A DNA stretch of 64,000 nucleotides from a virus, in IMG/VR virus record IMGVR_UViG_3300032235_000653, positions 35,767-99,766 of that record. One strand, given 5' to 3'. How positions within the stretch are numbered: position 1 is the first letter of the stretch; every line of letters begins with the position of its first letter. Both the position numbers and the translations under genes were made by a program. The notes under the pieces are model-generated. The model saw nothing but the letters and a program-made list of their open reading frames with translations. It had not been told where the DNA came from and made no database searches. Below, one piece after another: positions 18,464 to 28,331 of this stretch.

Positions 18464-19592
18464 TTAAATCATTGACCCAGTAATTTTTAATTATGATATC
18501 ATCTTCTAGTATTTCAGGCTGTCTTAATACGTCTAAGAATTCTTTATATTGTGGATGATTCTTATCGCTAACATTTCTTTCTTGAAATTCTTGTTGCGAC
18601 CATGTATCCCAGTTCCACATTTTTCCTATTCTAATAATATCAAACCCAAGCTGCTTGGATATCTGTACATAATCGGAAATTTCTTTGTAGTTATTTAACT
18701 GAGCAACAAAGTCTGCAGACACTTGAGTTTTAAAATTATATTTTTTAATTAAATCAATTACCCAAGCGCAATTTTCTAATAGAGTTTGCCAGTTTCCGTT
18801 TACCCTGTTTTTCTCATATGTTTGTGCTGTTCCAGCATCAAAACTAATTCTTAATTCAGTTATGTACGGCAAAAACTCTATTAACAAATCTTCTTTCTTT
18901 TTTAAATAACTACCATTGGTCTGAATAATATTCTTAATAAATTTGTTTTTCGACTTGGCAATATATTCCCACAGCTCAACATATGCTTTGCTAATAAAGG
19001 GCTCGCCGCCTGCCCATCTAATTTGTGTGGGTGTCGAAATATTATCTATTAACAGCGTTTTAATTTTTTCGACTATTTTCTTATTAGTACTTGCCATCGG
19101 TCCTGTATTATTATTAACAAGATCGGTACGACAAGAAGGACATACAAAATTACAAGTATAGTCAAAATCAAAAATAATTTCTTTGGGTATTTTTTTTACT
19201 TTTGCTTTCTCTGTAAAGCTAACAGAATCCAGTAACACAAACTCCGTAGTGTCAGACGCAGAATTAAATTCTGTCTTATCTAACTGATTAAAAAACATCC
19301 CGCATATATTTGAATTACAATACGAATATCGGTTATTTAAAATTTCAGTTCTAATAGACATTGCCTCATGAGAATTCAACAAATCGTAAACATTATCATA
19401 ATCTAAGATACTGCCAATGGACTTTGGTAACCATGCAGGACTCAAACAAATATAACTTTCTCCAAATTGATTTACTACTAATGTTTCCCAAGGATAATTA
19501 CATCTTCTAATAGATTTAACTTTTTTATCAAATAAAATTTGATTATTATTTTTTCTTTGATAATAGTCGGAAAACAAAATTACTCGTTCCAT
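18456..19592 (-). CDS. radical SAM protein (2 of 7), AT-rich and divergent
   Basis: CNYPW..C..CNSNIC; CNFVCPSC; GGEP. Confidence 0.9.
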   Translation of the reverse strand: MERVILFSDYYQRKNNNQILFDKKVKSIRRCNYPWETLVVNQFGESYICLSPAWLPKSIGSILDYDNVYDLLNSHEAMSIRTEILNNRYSYCNSNICGMFFNQLDKTEFNSASDTTEFVLLDSVSFTEKAKVKKIPKEIIFDFDYTCNFVCPSCRTDLVNNNTGPMASTNKKIVEKIKTLLIDNISTPTQIRWAGGEPFISKAYVELWEYIAKSKNKFIKNIIQTNGSYLKKKEDLLIEFLPYITELRISFDAGTAQTYEKNRVNGNWQTLLENCAWVIDLIKKYNFKTQVSADFVAQLNNYKEISDYVQISKQLGFDIIRIGKMWNWDTWSQQEFQERNVSDKNHPQYKEFLDVLRQPEILEDDIIIKNYWVNDLND

Positions 19593-19606
19593 CGATACTC
19601 CATAAA

Positions 19607-20812
19607 TTAATTGTAACCCATTGCTTTGGCTATTTCTGGATGAGTATCCATAAAGTTTTGTTTTCGATATGTATCTGTGCGCTTCATATTGTTTAAAAAT
19701 ACTTGCCCATCGCTGCCTGCACCATTTTCAATAAATTTAATTACATTCTCAATTTCTTGATGATGTTCCTTTGTATTCCAAAAAGTTGTTTTGAGTTTAT
19801 TTAAAACTAATTCTCTGGCTGCGGGCGTTAATTGCTGAATACTCATATGATCAGGGCTGTGCAACATATTAAAATAAATGCTGTCAAAAGGTTTAGTGCT
19901 TGCCCATGCCAGTAATTCATCTAAGTAATATACATTTTGAATATTAATAGTGAAACAAAGTTGAGTAGTAATGTTAGGCGTGTCAACATCCCGTGCAAAA
20001 TGAACTCCGTCGATTATTTCATTGGCTTTATCCCAGTCTGCACCGTATCGTTCATATTCAAATCTTACGCCAACATTGTCGATACTGAATGCAATATCTA
20101 CACGGCCAAAATGATTCCATAAAGCTGATTTTTGTATGCCCAACCCGTTAATAGTTGCATTGGTGTTATAATGAATATCAATGTGTTTACTATGACCTGT
20201 AGCTACTGCATATCGCAGTAGCTCCCAATGTTCTTCGATTAACCAAGGCTCACCTCCGGTAAATTCAAAATACTTAATATTGGGCAGCAATGATTTTAAA
20301 TTCTCCCAAAAATCAGGACTTTCCTCTGGCCATTTACCTTGTTTAAGCCAAGTATATGCAACATGTTTTTTCTTATCATATCCTTGCGGCAAATACTCCA
20401 ATTCTTCTGCCGCCCACTTACTACTGCTCCAGCTGCCGCATATCCTGCACTTTAAATTACAAATGTTGCCCAGCTTTAAATCAATGAACCACAATTGATC
20501 AGGTACATCGTTTTGCCAATCAACCAATGGGTATAACTCTTTGAGTCTGACTTGACTGTGAATACGTTTACTAGTCCTGTTTGCTGCTTCTTCATCCCAG
20601 CATAATTTACAGGTATTTGGTTTTTCGCCGCGGCGGAATTGTCTACGTAAGTTTTGCATATACTCGCTGGTATATGCATCTTGTAATGTATGTCTTCTAA
20701 GATCAATACTGGTAATATCTTCTCTTGCAAGACAACAAGGTCTTGCGGTGCCCATTGGACTGGCTTCTATACTAATCCATGGCAACATACAAATACTATT
20801 AGGTAGTGTCAT
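19607..20812 (-). CDS. radical SAM protein with N-terminal Twitch-like domain (3 of 7)
   Basis: CMLPW..PCC..CKLC; CNLKCRIC; GGEP. Confidence 0.92.
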   Translation of the reverse strand: MTLPNSICMLPWISIEASPMGTARPCCLAREDITSIDLRRHTLQDAYTSEYMQNLRRQFRRGEKPNTCKLCWDEEAANRTSKRIHSQVRLKELYPLVDWQNDVPDQLWFIDLKLGNICNLKCRICGSWSSSKWAAEELEYLPQGYDKKKHVAYTWLKQGKWPEESPDFWENLKSLLPNIKYFEFTGGEPWLIEEHWELLRYAVATGHSKHIDIHYNTNATINGLGIQKSALWNHFGRVDIAFSIDNVGVRFEYERYGADWDKANEIIDGVHFARDVDTPNITTQLCFTINIQNVYYLDELLAWASTKPFDSIYFNMLHSPDHMSIQQLTPAARELVLNKLKTTFWNTKEHHQEIENVIKFIENGAGSDGQVFLNNMKRTDTYRKQNFMDTHPEIAKAMGYN

Positions 20813-22146
20813 TTATTTTTTAACTCGCTTAATTCAGGAAATGTATTCCAAAAGTTTTCTCCCCTAAGATTATCAATTAAATTAATTTCTTGTTTAAATT
20901 TATCCCAGTGCTGTGAGCCGTCAGTGGACATTAGGAAATTAATGACGCTCTTGAATCCGGTGGTTGCTCGTTTCAATGAGTCTTGAGGTTCTAACCATTC
21001 TATGTGTTGTTCATACGCAGGCTTAATTACACGTTCTTTAAATTCTTGTGGGAATATATCAATCCTATACCACTCAGGACTTTGGCAAATATTCACATTA
21101 AAATCCTTGGGTTTAATAAACCCCATGTCGACCCATTCTTTATGAAAATCTAAGACGTGTAATACATTCATGGAACTAATAGTGCTGGCGATATAAAAAT
21201 CTACATGCGGCACTTCTTCTAACATACGTTCACGATTACGAACTGTTTGTTTCCAGTCTGTGCCTTTTCTCATTAATTCTGCTCTAGTACCGCTGGCATC
21301 CAGGCTGGCGCCTACCCCCACTGTTCTAAAATGTTTCCAATACTCGAATACGTGTTTATCTTTGAATGCTAATTCGCTAAAGTTTGTATTGTACTGAATG
21401 CATACGTCTGTTCGGCCTGCTTCAATAAGTTTTTCTAATAGATAATAGTGTTCCTTCATAATCAAAGGTTCACCGCCTGCAAAATAAACTTGTTCCAAGT
21501 AGGGAATATGTTCTTCCATTTGTGCAATCATATAATCTTCGTCGCCGGCAGCATATTCAATTCTGGCCAAATCTTTGCCATTTACGTCAGGTACTCTATT
21601 GAATAATTTGACATGATCATTATACCAGTTACTGCTAAAAACAGGACCGCACGTTCTGCAACGAAAATTACACAGATTACTAAATCTAACGTCCCAATAT
21701 CTAATCTTAAATTCTGGATGTGTTCCGTCTGGCAGTGTTTTATCTACGTCTGCAATGTTATGTCCGTAACTACGATTAGCATCATAGCGCATACTAAAGA
21801 ATCCGTTTTCTTCCTGTTCGTAACATTTGGTACATTGTTTGACTGGCTGATCTGCCATCATCAATCGTCTAATTTCTTTATAGCCTTCTTGATTCCACAC
21901 TTCTTGCATTGAGTTCTTTTTTAAATTCCCAATTGGATGAAAATATTCTGCAAGGCAACAAGGATATACCCTGCCGTCCGGATAAGCATGTTGGTGAACC
22001 CATGGCAACATACAAAAAGATTTACTGTTCGTTAATCTGTTGATTTGAGTTTCTGTTAGTGTTTCAGAATCTGCAAATAATGGTTTCCTACTATTGTAAT
22101 CGTAACCACGTTTATAAAATCTATCAGTTTTTTTATCTTCGCTCAT
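20809..22146 (-). CDS. radical SAM protein with N-terminal Twitch-like domain (4 of 7)
   Basis: CMLPW..PCC..CTKC; CNFRCRTC; GGEP. Confidence 0.92.
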   Translation of the reverse strand: MSEDKKTDRFYKRGYDYNSRKPLFADSETLTETQINRLTNSKSFCMLPWVHQHAYPDGRVYPCCLAEYFHPIGNLKKNSMQEVWNQEGYKEIRRLMMADQPVKQCTKCYEQEENGFFSMRYDANRSYGHNIADVDKTLPDGTHPEFKIRYWDVRFSNLCNFRCRTCGPVFSSNWYNDHVKLFNRVPDVNGKDLARIEYAAGDEDYMIAQMEEHIPYLEQVYFAGGEPLIMKEHYYLLEKLIEAGRTDVCIQYNTNFSELAFKDKHVFEYWKHFRTVGVGASLDASGTRAELMRKGTDWKQTVRNRERMLEEVPHVDFYIASTISSMNVLHVLDFHKEWVDMGFIKPKDFNVNICQSPEWYRIDIFPQEFKERVIKPAYEQHIEWLEPQDSLKRATTGFKSVINFLMSTDGSQHWDKFKQEINLIDNLRGENFWNTFPELSELKNK

Positions 22147-23492
22147 AGTGTACTATACCAATCTGCTAAAGCAGGAAATGTTTTACAGAAGTCTTTACCT
22201 CTGCGCTGATCGTACTGTGTATAAAATTGTTTGAAATCACTGCGTAATTTAGATAGTTCAAATGCATCGCTGTGTGGAGTTTTTACAACATCCAAGTAAT
22301 CTACTAATCGTTGTAAATGATTTATTTCATGTTCGTGTAAATAGTTATTCCCTTTATGTCGAACAAGAAAATTAACTAATTGATCTTTATATTTTGATTT
22401 AATGTCATCAGGCAGCACTAATGGGCTTTGAAAACTAGGAAAACGTAAAATATTTAAAGTAAAATTAGGATAATCTCGGCCGAATTCTTTCTTTAAGTCT
22501 ACTAAAGTATCTAAGAAATCAGGCAATGTGTCCAGACATAATGCATTAATTGTACACATCACATGCAGTCCGCGAAACTTTTTACTTTTTGCAAGCTTTA
22601 TAACATTTTCTAACCACAAAGTATAATTTAACCCATCTCGTATATATTCTGCTTGAACATGATCGCTTTCGTTGCTGGTATATAAATCCATTTCTAAACC
22701 ATCTATGCTATCAATCAATCTGTCGATATCAACTTGATAACCTAAATTACTATTAATGGCTAAACGGGTTTGGCTTTTGCCTTTGTTAGATTTAAACCAA
22801 TCAATTAGCTTCCAAGTCTCTGCACTCATTAATGGTTCCCCGCCAGTGATTCGCAATTCTTTAAGAGTTCTATGTAAGTCGCTTTCCCACCATTTGTGAA
22901 ATGCTTCTGCATACGGATTAGTTTCGCCAAATTTATATAATTGACTGCTGTCGTGCGTATGAGTAAAATGATTTCTGCCGTCACTGACAAGATTGGTATA
23001 AGGCCCGTTACGCTTTATATCATTTACCCAGGTACTACTGAACGCAGGATTGCAGTAACTACAAGCAAACTGACAAGTACGATCAAACGCAATTTCGAGA
23101 GTTTTGAGATCAAAATCTTCTCGGGCAGGTGTTCTGTATGCATATGCCAAGTCTTCATCATTGTAAATTACAGTTTTGTATACACGATCACTTACTGCAT
23201 CTCGGCCCATGTCTTCGATCTTCCAGCAATACTCACAACCAGATGGACGCTCACCTTTTTGCATTTGTTCGCGTTCCATCTTTTTCTTTTGAGTATTGTG
23301 TAATGCCTTGGGATTTCGTTCGACATCATCGATATCTACTTTGTGCGGCAAAGGATGGTGGCAACTAGTAGTCATTCCGCTACCTAACCATATAGTAGCA
23401 TTATACCACTTAGCTCCGCAAAAAGATTTCGATTTAATATCGATTACTCTGCGTTTGTAATCTAAATCTGTTTCATTGTTTATTCTTGGCAT
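22143..23492 (-). CDS. radical SAM protein with N-terminal Twitch-like domain (5 of 7)
   Basis: CGAKW..SCHHP..CEYC; CQFACSYC; GGEP. Confidence 0.92.
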   Translation of the reverse strand: MPRINNETDLDYKRRVIDIKSKSFCGAKWYNATIWLGSGMTTSCHHPLPHKVDIDDVERNPKALHNTQKKKMEREQMQKGERPSGCEYCWKIEDMGRDAVSDRVYKTVIYNDEDLAYAYRTPAREDFDLKTLEIAFDRTCQFACSYCNPAFSSTWVNDIKRNGPYTNLVSDGRNHFTHTHDSSQLYKFGETNPYAEAFHKWWESDLHRTLKELRITGGEPLMSAETWKLIDWFKSNKGKSQTRLAINSNLGYQVDIDRLIDSIDGLEMDLYTSNESDHVQAEYIRDGLNYTLWLENVIKLAKSKKFRGLHVMCTINALCLDTLPDFLDTLVDLKKEFGRDYPNFTLNILRFPSFQSPLVLPDDIKSKYKDQLVNFLVRHKGNNYLHEHEINHLQRLVDYLDVVKTPHSDAFELSKLRSDFKQFYTQYDQRRGKDFCKTFPALADWYSTL

Positions 23493-23643
23493 AGTTGTTA
23501 AATTTAGTTATAAAATCATTTATTAGTTGTTTATGGGCGGGTGTGAATGTCATTGCATTCTCACTATATCATGCTCTATTATTTCGAAATAATCAGGATA
23601 CCAATTAAAGAATTCTAAATCATTGTCTTTTAACGAGTTAATT

Positions 23644-24789
23644 TTAATCTTTTGCATTTAAAAGATCCTTAACTTTGTCAGGAAGAGTTATATTTTTTCT
23701 ATCTTCCCATTGTTTTAAAAAGTGTAAAAATTCTGAAAATAAAGTTTTATTAAATTTGGTTGAAGACAATATACTTAACACCACATCAACATTCTTTATA
23801 TTCTTATTATCTAACAAAGTTAATAATACAGTCTCTGCTTGTTTTTTAATATTGTCCGGAGTTGCTTCAATACTTTGAATTCTTGGATATTGACAATAAG
23901 ATAATGCCCAAAGAAAATTATCTTTGTATTTTTCTATTCGAGGCATTATTACACTAGATAAAAAGTTTTCAATATCGCAGAGAGTTATATTAGTCATCAG
24001 ACTTAATATATTAATTTTGATATTTCCTTCACTGTTTTCTAATAGATAGTCCAAATTTTTCAAAAATAAATCATAATCGATTCCGTATCTAACAAATTCT
24101 GATATTTCTTTACAAGAATCCAGACTGACATTTATCACAATGTATTTGAATTTATTTCTATAGGTTAGCAATTTATCAATTGATTTTTTATCAACCATTA
24201 GATTTGAAACCAGAGTTAAAACGCCTTTATGATCTATTGTATCTAAGATATTAAAAAATTTTTTATTTATTAATGGTTCGCCTCCTATTATCCTTAAAGT
24301 TTCAAATTGCAGAGTATTCAACAATTCTAAATTTTCATCCACTAACTGTTTATTTTTAACATCCACACTGTAAATATGTCGGTCTGTAAATAATTGATAT
24401 TTTCGATCTTGTACGTCTTTTTCCCATTGACTACTAAATTTTGGATTGCAATACATGCACTGCATATTACAAGCATTGCCGACATTAATTTCAACTAATT
24501 TGGGAATTTTGTTATTTTTATATTCATTAAATGTCGATATTTCAAATTTTTTTAATAATTGAGTTCTGAGACTGGCCCCGTTTGTTTTCTCAGAATTCCA
24601 ACAGTACGAACAACTGGGATCTTGTACGTTGTTTAATAAATTTTGTTTTTGATAATTAATAATTTCGGTATAATCGTTGACAAATTTTTCTGGTCTTGCT
24701 TTACAACAACCATATACATAATTATAACTAGTATTAATAACTAGCTCGTCCCATTTAGCTGGACAAAACGTGTCAGGTAGTTGTTGCAT
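23644..24789 (-). CDS. radical SAM protein (6 of 7), AT-rich and divergent
   Basis: CPAKW..GCC..CSYC; CNMQCMYC; GGEP. Confidence 0.9.
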   Translation of the reverse strand: MQQLPDTFCPAKWDELVINTSYNYVYGCCKARPEKFVNDYTEIINYQKQNLLNNVQDPSCSYCWNSEKTNGASLRTQLLKKFEISTFNEYKNNKIPKLVEINVGNACNMQCMYCNPKFSSQWEKDVQDRKYQLFTDRHIYSVDVKNKQLVDENLELLNTLQFETLRIIGGEPLINKKFFNILDTIDHKGVLTLVSNLMVDKKSIDKLLTYRNKFKYIVINVSLDSCKEISEFVRYGIDYDLFLKNLDYLLENSEGNIKINILSLMTNITLCDIENFLSSVIMPRIEKYKDNFLWALSYCQYPRIQSIEATPDNIKKQAETVLLTLLDNKNIKNVDVVLSILSSTKFNKTLFSEFLHFLKQWEDRKNITLPDKVKDLLNAKD

Positions 24790-26170
24790 AGTATTTGCAT
24801 TCCTTCCAAAAATCTACCATTTCTGGAAATGCCAAAATAAAGTTAGTGCCGCGGCGGCGATCATGTTCATTGAAAAATTTATAAAAATTTGCTTTTTGCA
24901 TTTTAACATATTCAGGATCTAATTTGCTACCTTCTCTCATCCAATCAATGACTCTTTGTAAACGGTGAACTTCGTAATCTTTGAAACCGTGAAATGGAGT
25001 TTCAGGTTGTTCCATTTTTGTAATCATAAAACTCCACGATGTTTCTAAACTGTCTATATAACTTTCTGGTAATAGTTGTAAACTTTGCCATTCTGGTTTA
25101 CGAAGAATTGGAGTATCAAACCAAACACGTTGATATGTTTTGCTGTGTATTTGCCTAAGTCCCAGTATACAGCCCAATAAATTTTGAAGGCCGGCCACAT
25201 TTAAATTATTCATAGTAATTATAAATGTCAAGCTACTACGATTGGGCACTTCATATAAAAATCTGTTGATGTTATCCCAAAATCTTTCAAAATTTAATCC
25301 GTGTCTGATATATTCGGCCTGCATAAAAGTGGCATCTATACTAACATACTGCATGAAATGCTCAATTTTTTTATCTTCATTGCTGCATAGTCGTTTTACA
25401 TAATCCAAATACTTGTCAAACAATGCAGGCTCAACACTGAAATTAGAAGTCACATTTAAGTGTAAGTTGGGACTAGGATTTTCTAATACATAATCAAATA
25501 CACGATATGTATTCTTATCCATGAGAGGCTCTCCGCCAGTCATTCTAAAATGTTCCAATTCTGGATATAGCGTGGGCCACCAAGACCAGAACGCATCAAC
25601 ATAGGGATTATCTTCCCTGGCAGGAATAATTTTTCTTTCTCCGATAAAATGACTGGGATCGTTGTGCAATGGACTTGTAGGAAAAGCGCCATTGCGCTCT
25701 ACGTCACTGGCCCAACTACTGGAGTACTGAGGGCTGCAATAACTACAAGACAAGTTGCAGGCATTATTGAAATTGACTTCTACATAAGAAGGAAGAACGT
25801 CTTCGTCCCCAGTTGAATTAACTATTGTTTCAAAATCTTTTGCAGCCCACGGCTCACCACTGCGATAATGTCGATCGCTTAAGTTGCCTAAATCTTCTTG
25901 AGTCCAGCAATAACTACATTCTTGTGGGCGCTCATTACGCAGCATAATCTTACGCTGCTCTTTTTTATAAGGTGTGTTGTGCAATGCACCAGGATTATCT
26001 TTTAACAGCGTCGAGTCAATTTTATGCAACGGTGGATGGTAGCAACTGTTATTAAGGCCTGTGGGCAAATGTAAGCTAACTTGTTTCCATTTAGCTAAAC
26101 AAAGTGAGGGACCTAATTTAGATTTTGCTTCTTCTGCGGAATTTAAAAATACGCTTTTAGTCATTACCAA
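24773..26170 (-). CDS. radical SAM protein with N-terminal Twitch-like domain (7 of 7)
   Basis: CLAKW..SCYHP..CSYC; CNLSCSYC; GGEP. Confidence 0.92.
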   Translation of the reverse strand: MVMTKSVFLNSAEEAKSKLGPSLCLAKWKQVSLHLPTGLNNSCYHPPLHKIDSTLLKDNPGALHNTPYKKEQRKIMLRNERPQECSYCWTQEDLGNLSDRHYRSGEPWAAKDFETIVNSTGDEDVLPSYVEVNFNNACNLSCSYCSPQYSSSWASDVERNGAFPTSPLHNDPSHFIGERKIIPAREDNPYVDAFWSWWPTLYPELEHFRMTGGEPLMDKNTYRVFDYVLENPSPNLHLNVTSNFSVEPALFDKYLDYVKRLCSNEDKKIEHFMQYVSIDATFMQAEYIRHGLNFERFWDNINRFLYEVPNRSSLTFIITMNNLNVAGLQNLLGCILGLRQIHSKTYQRVWFDTPILRKPEWQSLQLLPESYIDSLETSWSFMITKMEQPETPFHGFKDYEVHRLQRVIDWMREGSKLDPEYVKMQKANFYKFFNEHDRRRGTNFILAFPEMVDFWKECKYYATTT

Positions 26171-27090
26171 CCTTCAACTCGTCTAATAACATCTAATTCT
26201 GTCATTGTTGTTCCCATATTACGATGCACTGCTTTATAGTGATGTTTAAAGAATGCACTTTGATCTGCGTTCATATCAACTATAGGCAATCCCAATCGTG
26301 TACGCAATGTTTGTCCGATATTTTCACAAGCAGATTCTTCGTCTTTACCAAAGCTATTCCAAAGATATGCAAGGTGATCAAAATCTTGTACTTGTCGATA
26401 ATCCCACTCTCTTAACATGGTCATATAAGTGCCTAACCGAGCACCGTATATAGCCCACTGACCATTTTCTACATCTTGCCCGACACTTTGCCAAATACAT
26501 AAATGGTCGTAGTTCCGAGCATGAACTTTTTGTTCAAACTCTTGCAAGCTGGGTTTCTTCCCGCGATCCAAACACATTTTAACACCTTCACGGAATCCTG
26601 CACGCCAAGCTTGAAAAGGAGTTGCATTAGGAAATGTAGTACTATAGCAGTCATGCATAGGGATGTATTTTGGATCAAAACAAAACTCTATAACAGTTTC
26701 ATCTCTACCGTCAGTGGCTTCGTGCGTTCGCATTTGATTTACAAAGTCTTTGGTCCAACAACTTATTCCGCCATTACCGTACATCAGTCCGTTAATGTGA
26801 TTACGAGCCTTCCATCTGAACACACAGTCATGATTGTTGTCGTCCAGCTTAAGCTGAAGATTAAAAAATTCAGCGTCTGGTATATTGTCCCCATCTATTA
26901 GCACGAACCTATCAGTGTCACTGGCTGCTGCTGCTGCTTTGTGTGCAGCATCACTGCCTTTTATTCCATCAACACGTTTAGCCCATGGTATTAAATTTTG
27001 AATCTTAATCCAAAACTCTTCTTTTTTTGGTTCGTCGTAGGTTAAAAATATGCAATCAAGATCTGCAATATCAACGATTTTTGTAGTCAT
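26164..27090 (-). CDS. GT-A fold glycosyltransferase-like protein
   Basis: DCIFLTYDEP, AHKAAA, FVLIDGDN (DxD), YGNGG, AWRAGFRE. Confidence 0.65.
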   Translation of the reverse strand: MTTKIVDIADLDCIFLTYDEPKKEEFWIKIQNLIPWAKRVDGIKGSDAAHKAAAAASDTDRFVLIDGDNIPDAEFFNLQLKLDDNNHDCVFRWKARNHINGLMYGNGGISCWTKDFVNQMRTHEATDGRDETVIEFCFDPKYIPMHDCYSTTFPNATPFQAWRAGFREGVKMCLDRGKKPSLQEFEQKVHARNYDHLCIWQSVGQDVENGQWAIYGARLGTYMTMLREWDYRQVQDFDHLAYLWNSFGKDEESACENIGQTLRTRLGLPIVDMNADQSAFFKHHYKAVHRNMGTTMTELDVIRRVEGW

Positions 27091-27496
27091 AGTGTTCTAC
27101 ATCTTTATAAGTTTCGCCGTCTTCTAAAATTATACCAGGAAGATTTTTTACTGTTTTGAACCCTGTTTGACTTTTTTCAAGTTGAGGTGTTTGCGTAGCA
27201 TTGTTGTTTTTAATTGTGATTTTATTATTATGTACAATATACTTGTGTACTTCTGCAAATACACTTTTATAAGTATTTTCATCTACTATGATATAATCGC
27301 CGGTAAACCCATACATCTCTGCATCTTTTACAGTAGGGGATGTAGCTGTGATATTTCCTAAATTGTCGTAGTAGATTCGATATTCGTATTCAATTGCTGA
27401 AGGTTTATCTATTAGACCCAACTCGTCTAATTGTCTAATTATTTCTTCTAGTGTGGTATCTTCGTTAACTGTTATGGTAGGTTCGTTCATATTCAT
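27071..27496 (-). CDS. hypothetical protein
   Basis: 141 aa, overlapping both neighbours. Confidence 0.65.
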   Translation of the reverse strand: MNMNEPTITVNEDTTLEEIIRQLDELGLIDKPSAIEYEYRIYYDNLGNITATSPTVKDAEMYGFTGDYIIVDENTYKSVFAEVHKYIVHNNKITIKNNNATQTPQLEKSQTGFKTVKNLPGIILEDGETYKDVEHYDYKNR

Positions 27497-28331
27497 TTAT
27501 TAATTCCCCTGTTACATAAGATTTATCATAGTAATGCACTGGACTATATTGATTTAAGTTATGAATGTTAATCATATGATTATCTCTATAATGCATTACT
27601 ATGTCCTGCCAGGATTGATCTGTATTGCCCCACCCGTTGATACCAGGTTTCAAATGTACAAAATTAATGAAATCCATGGTTGGTATGGTACACAATTCAA
27701 CCCCTATAGTTTTTGCTGTTAACGCATACAGTACATCAGTGCTAGGCGTGTCTTCTCGACAATTTTTTAGAACATTATCTCTAAAATATTCCCAATTTCT
27801 TAAAATTCGTTGAGCTGTTAAAAAGAAATCATTGGCTACTTTGCTATATCTAAAATACATTAAACCGTTGTAAATGTCCGGTAACTCGTTGTCATCAAAA
27901 AATTTTCTATAAAGTCTAGTTGTAGCTAGTTCTTGCCTATATGTTTTACATCCTGTACTTAATACAACGTCCCGCAGTCTAAACGCATTCCACCAATGGT
28001 CTATATTTCTAGTGAATAACAAATCGCTTTCTAATTTAATAGTTTCTTTAAAAGGACTCAGTGAAAAAACTTGGTATTCATTGGATAGTTTCCATGTACT
28101 GTCTTTATCATTTTCGTCATAGGGTATTTCGATTATATGATCAAATACTTTTTTATGTTTATCCGTGATTTGCTCGATAGTATTTTTATCGCAGATCACT
28201 GCATACTTGGCGGTTGGATGCAGGCTTTTTACATTCATTGCTTGACAATACGCAAGGGATAGATAGTCCACCTTATCTGTATTTTGTGCAAATGTTAAAA
28301 AACCTTTAGTCATTGCAGATTCTTTCCACAA
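27465..28331 (-). CDS. GT8-like glycosyltransferase
   Basis: KGFLTFA..Y..LA, SPFKETIKLESD (DxD-like), YNGLMYF, TD, FVHLK; likely ATG 28313. Confidence 0.6.
   Translation of the reverse strand: MWKESAMTKGFLTFAQNTDKVDYLSLAYCQAMNVKSLHPTAKYAVICDKNTIEQITDKHKKVFDHIIEIPYDENDKDSTWKLSNEYQVFSLSPFKETIKLESDLLFTRNIDHWWNAFRLRDVVLSTGCKTYRQELATTRLYRKFFDDNELPDIYNGLMYFRYSKVANDFFLTAQRILRNWEYFRDNVLKNCREDTPSTDVLYALTAKTIGVELCTIPTMDFINFVHLKPGINGWGNTDQSWQDIVMHYRDNHMINIHNLNQYSPVHYYDKSYVTGELINEYERTYHNS

Noticed and set aside
17174-26170. RiPP (peptide-modifying SPASM) or 7-deazaguanine (QueE) pathway
   Set aside because: No PqqD/RRE domain, evident precursor peptide, or queC/queD/folE/dpdA genes occur in the window; the context is sugar-tailoring enzymes.
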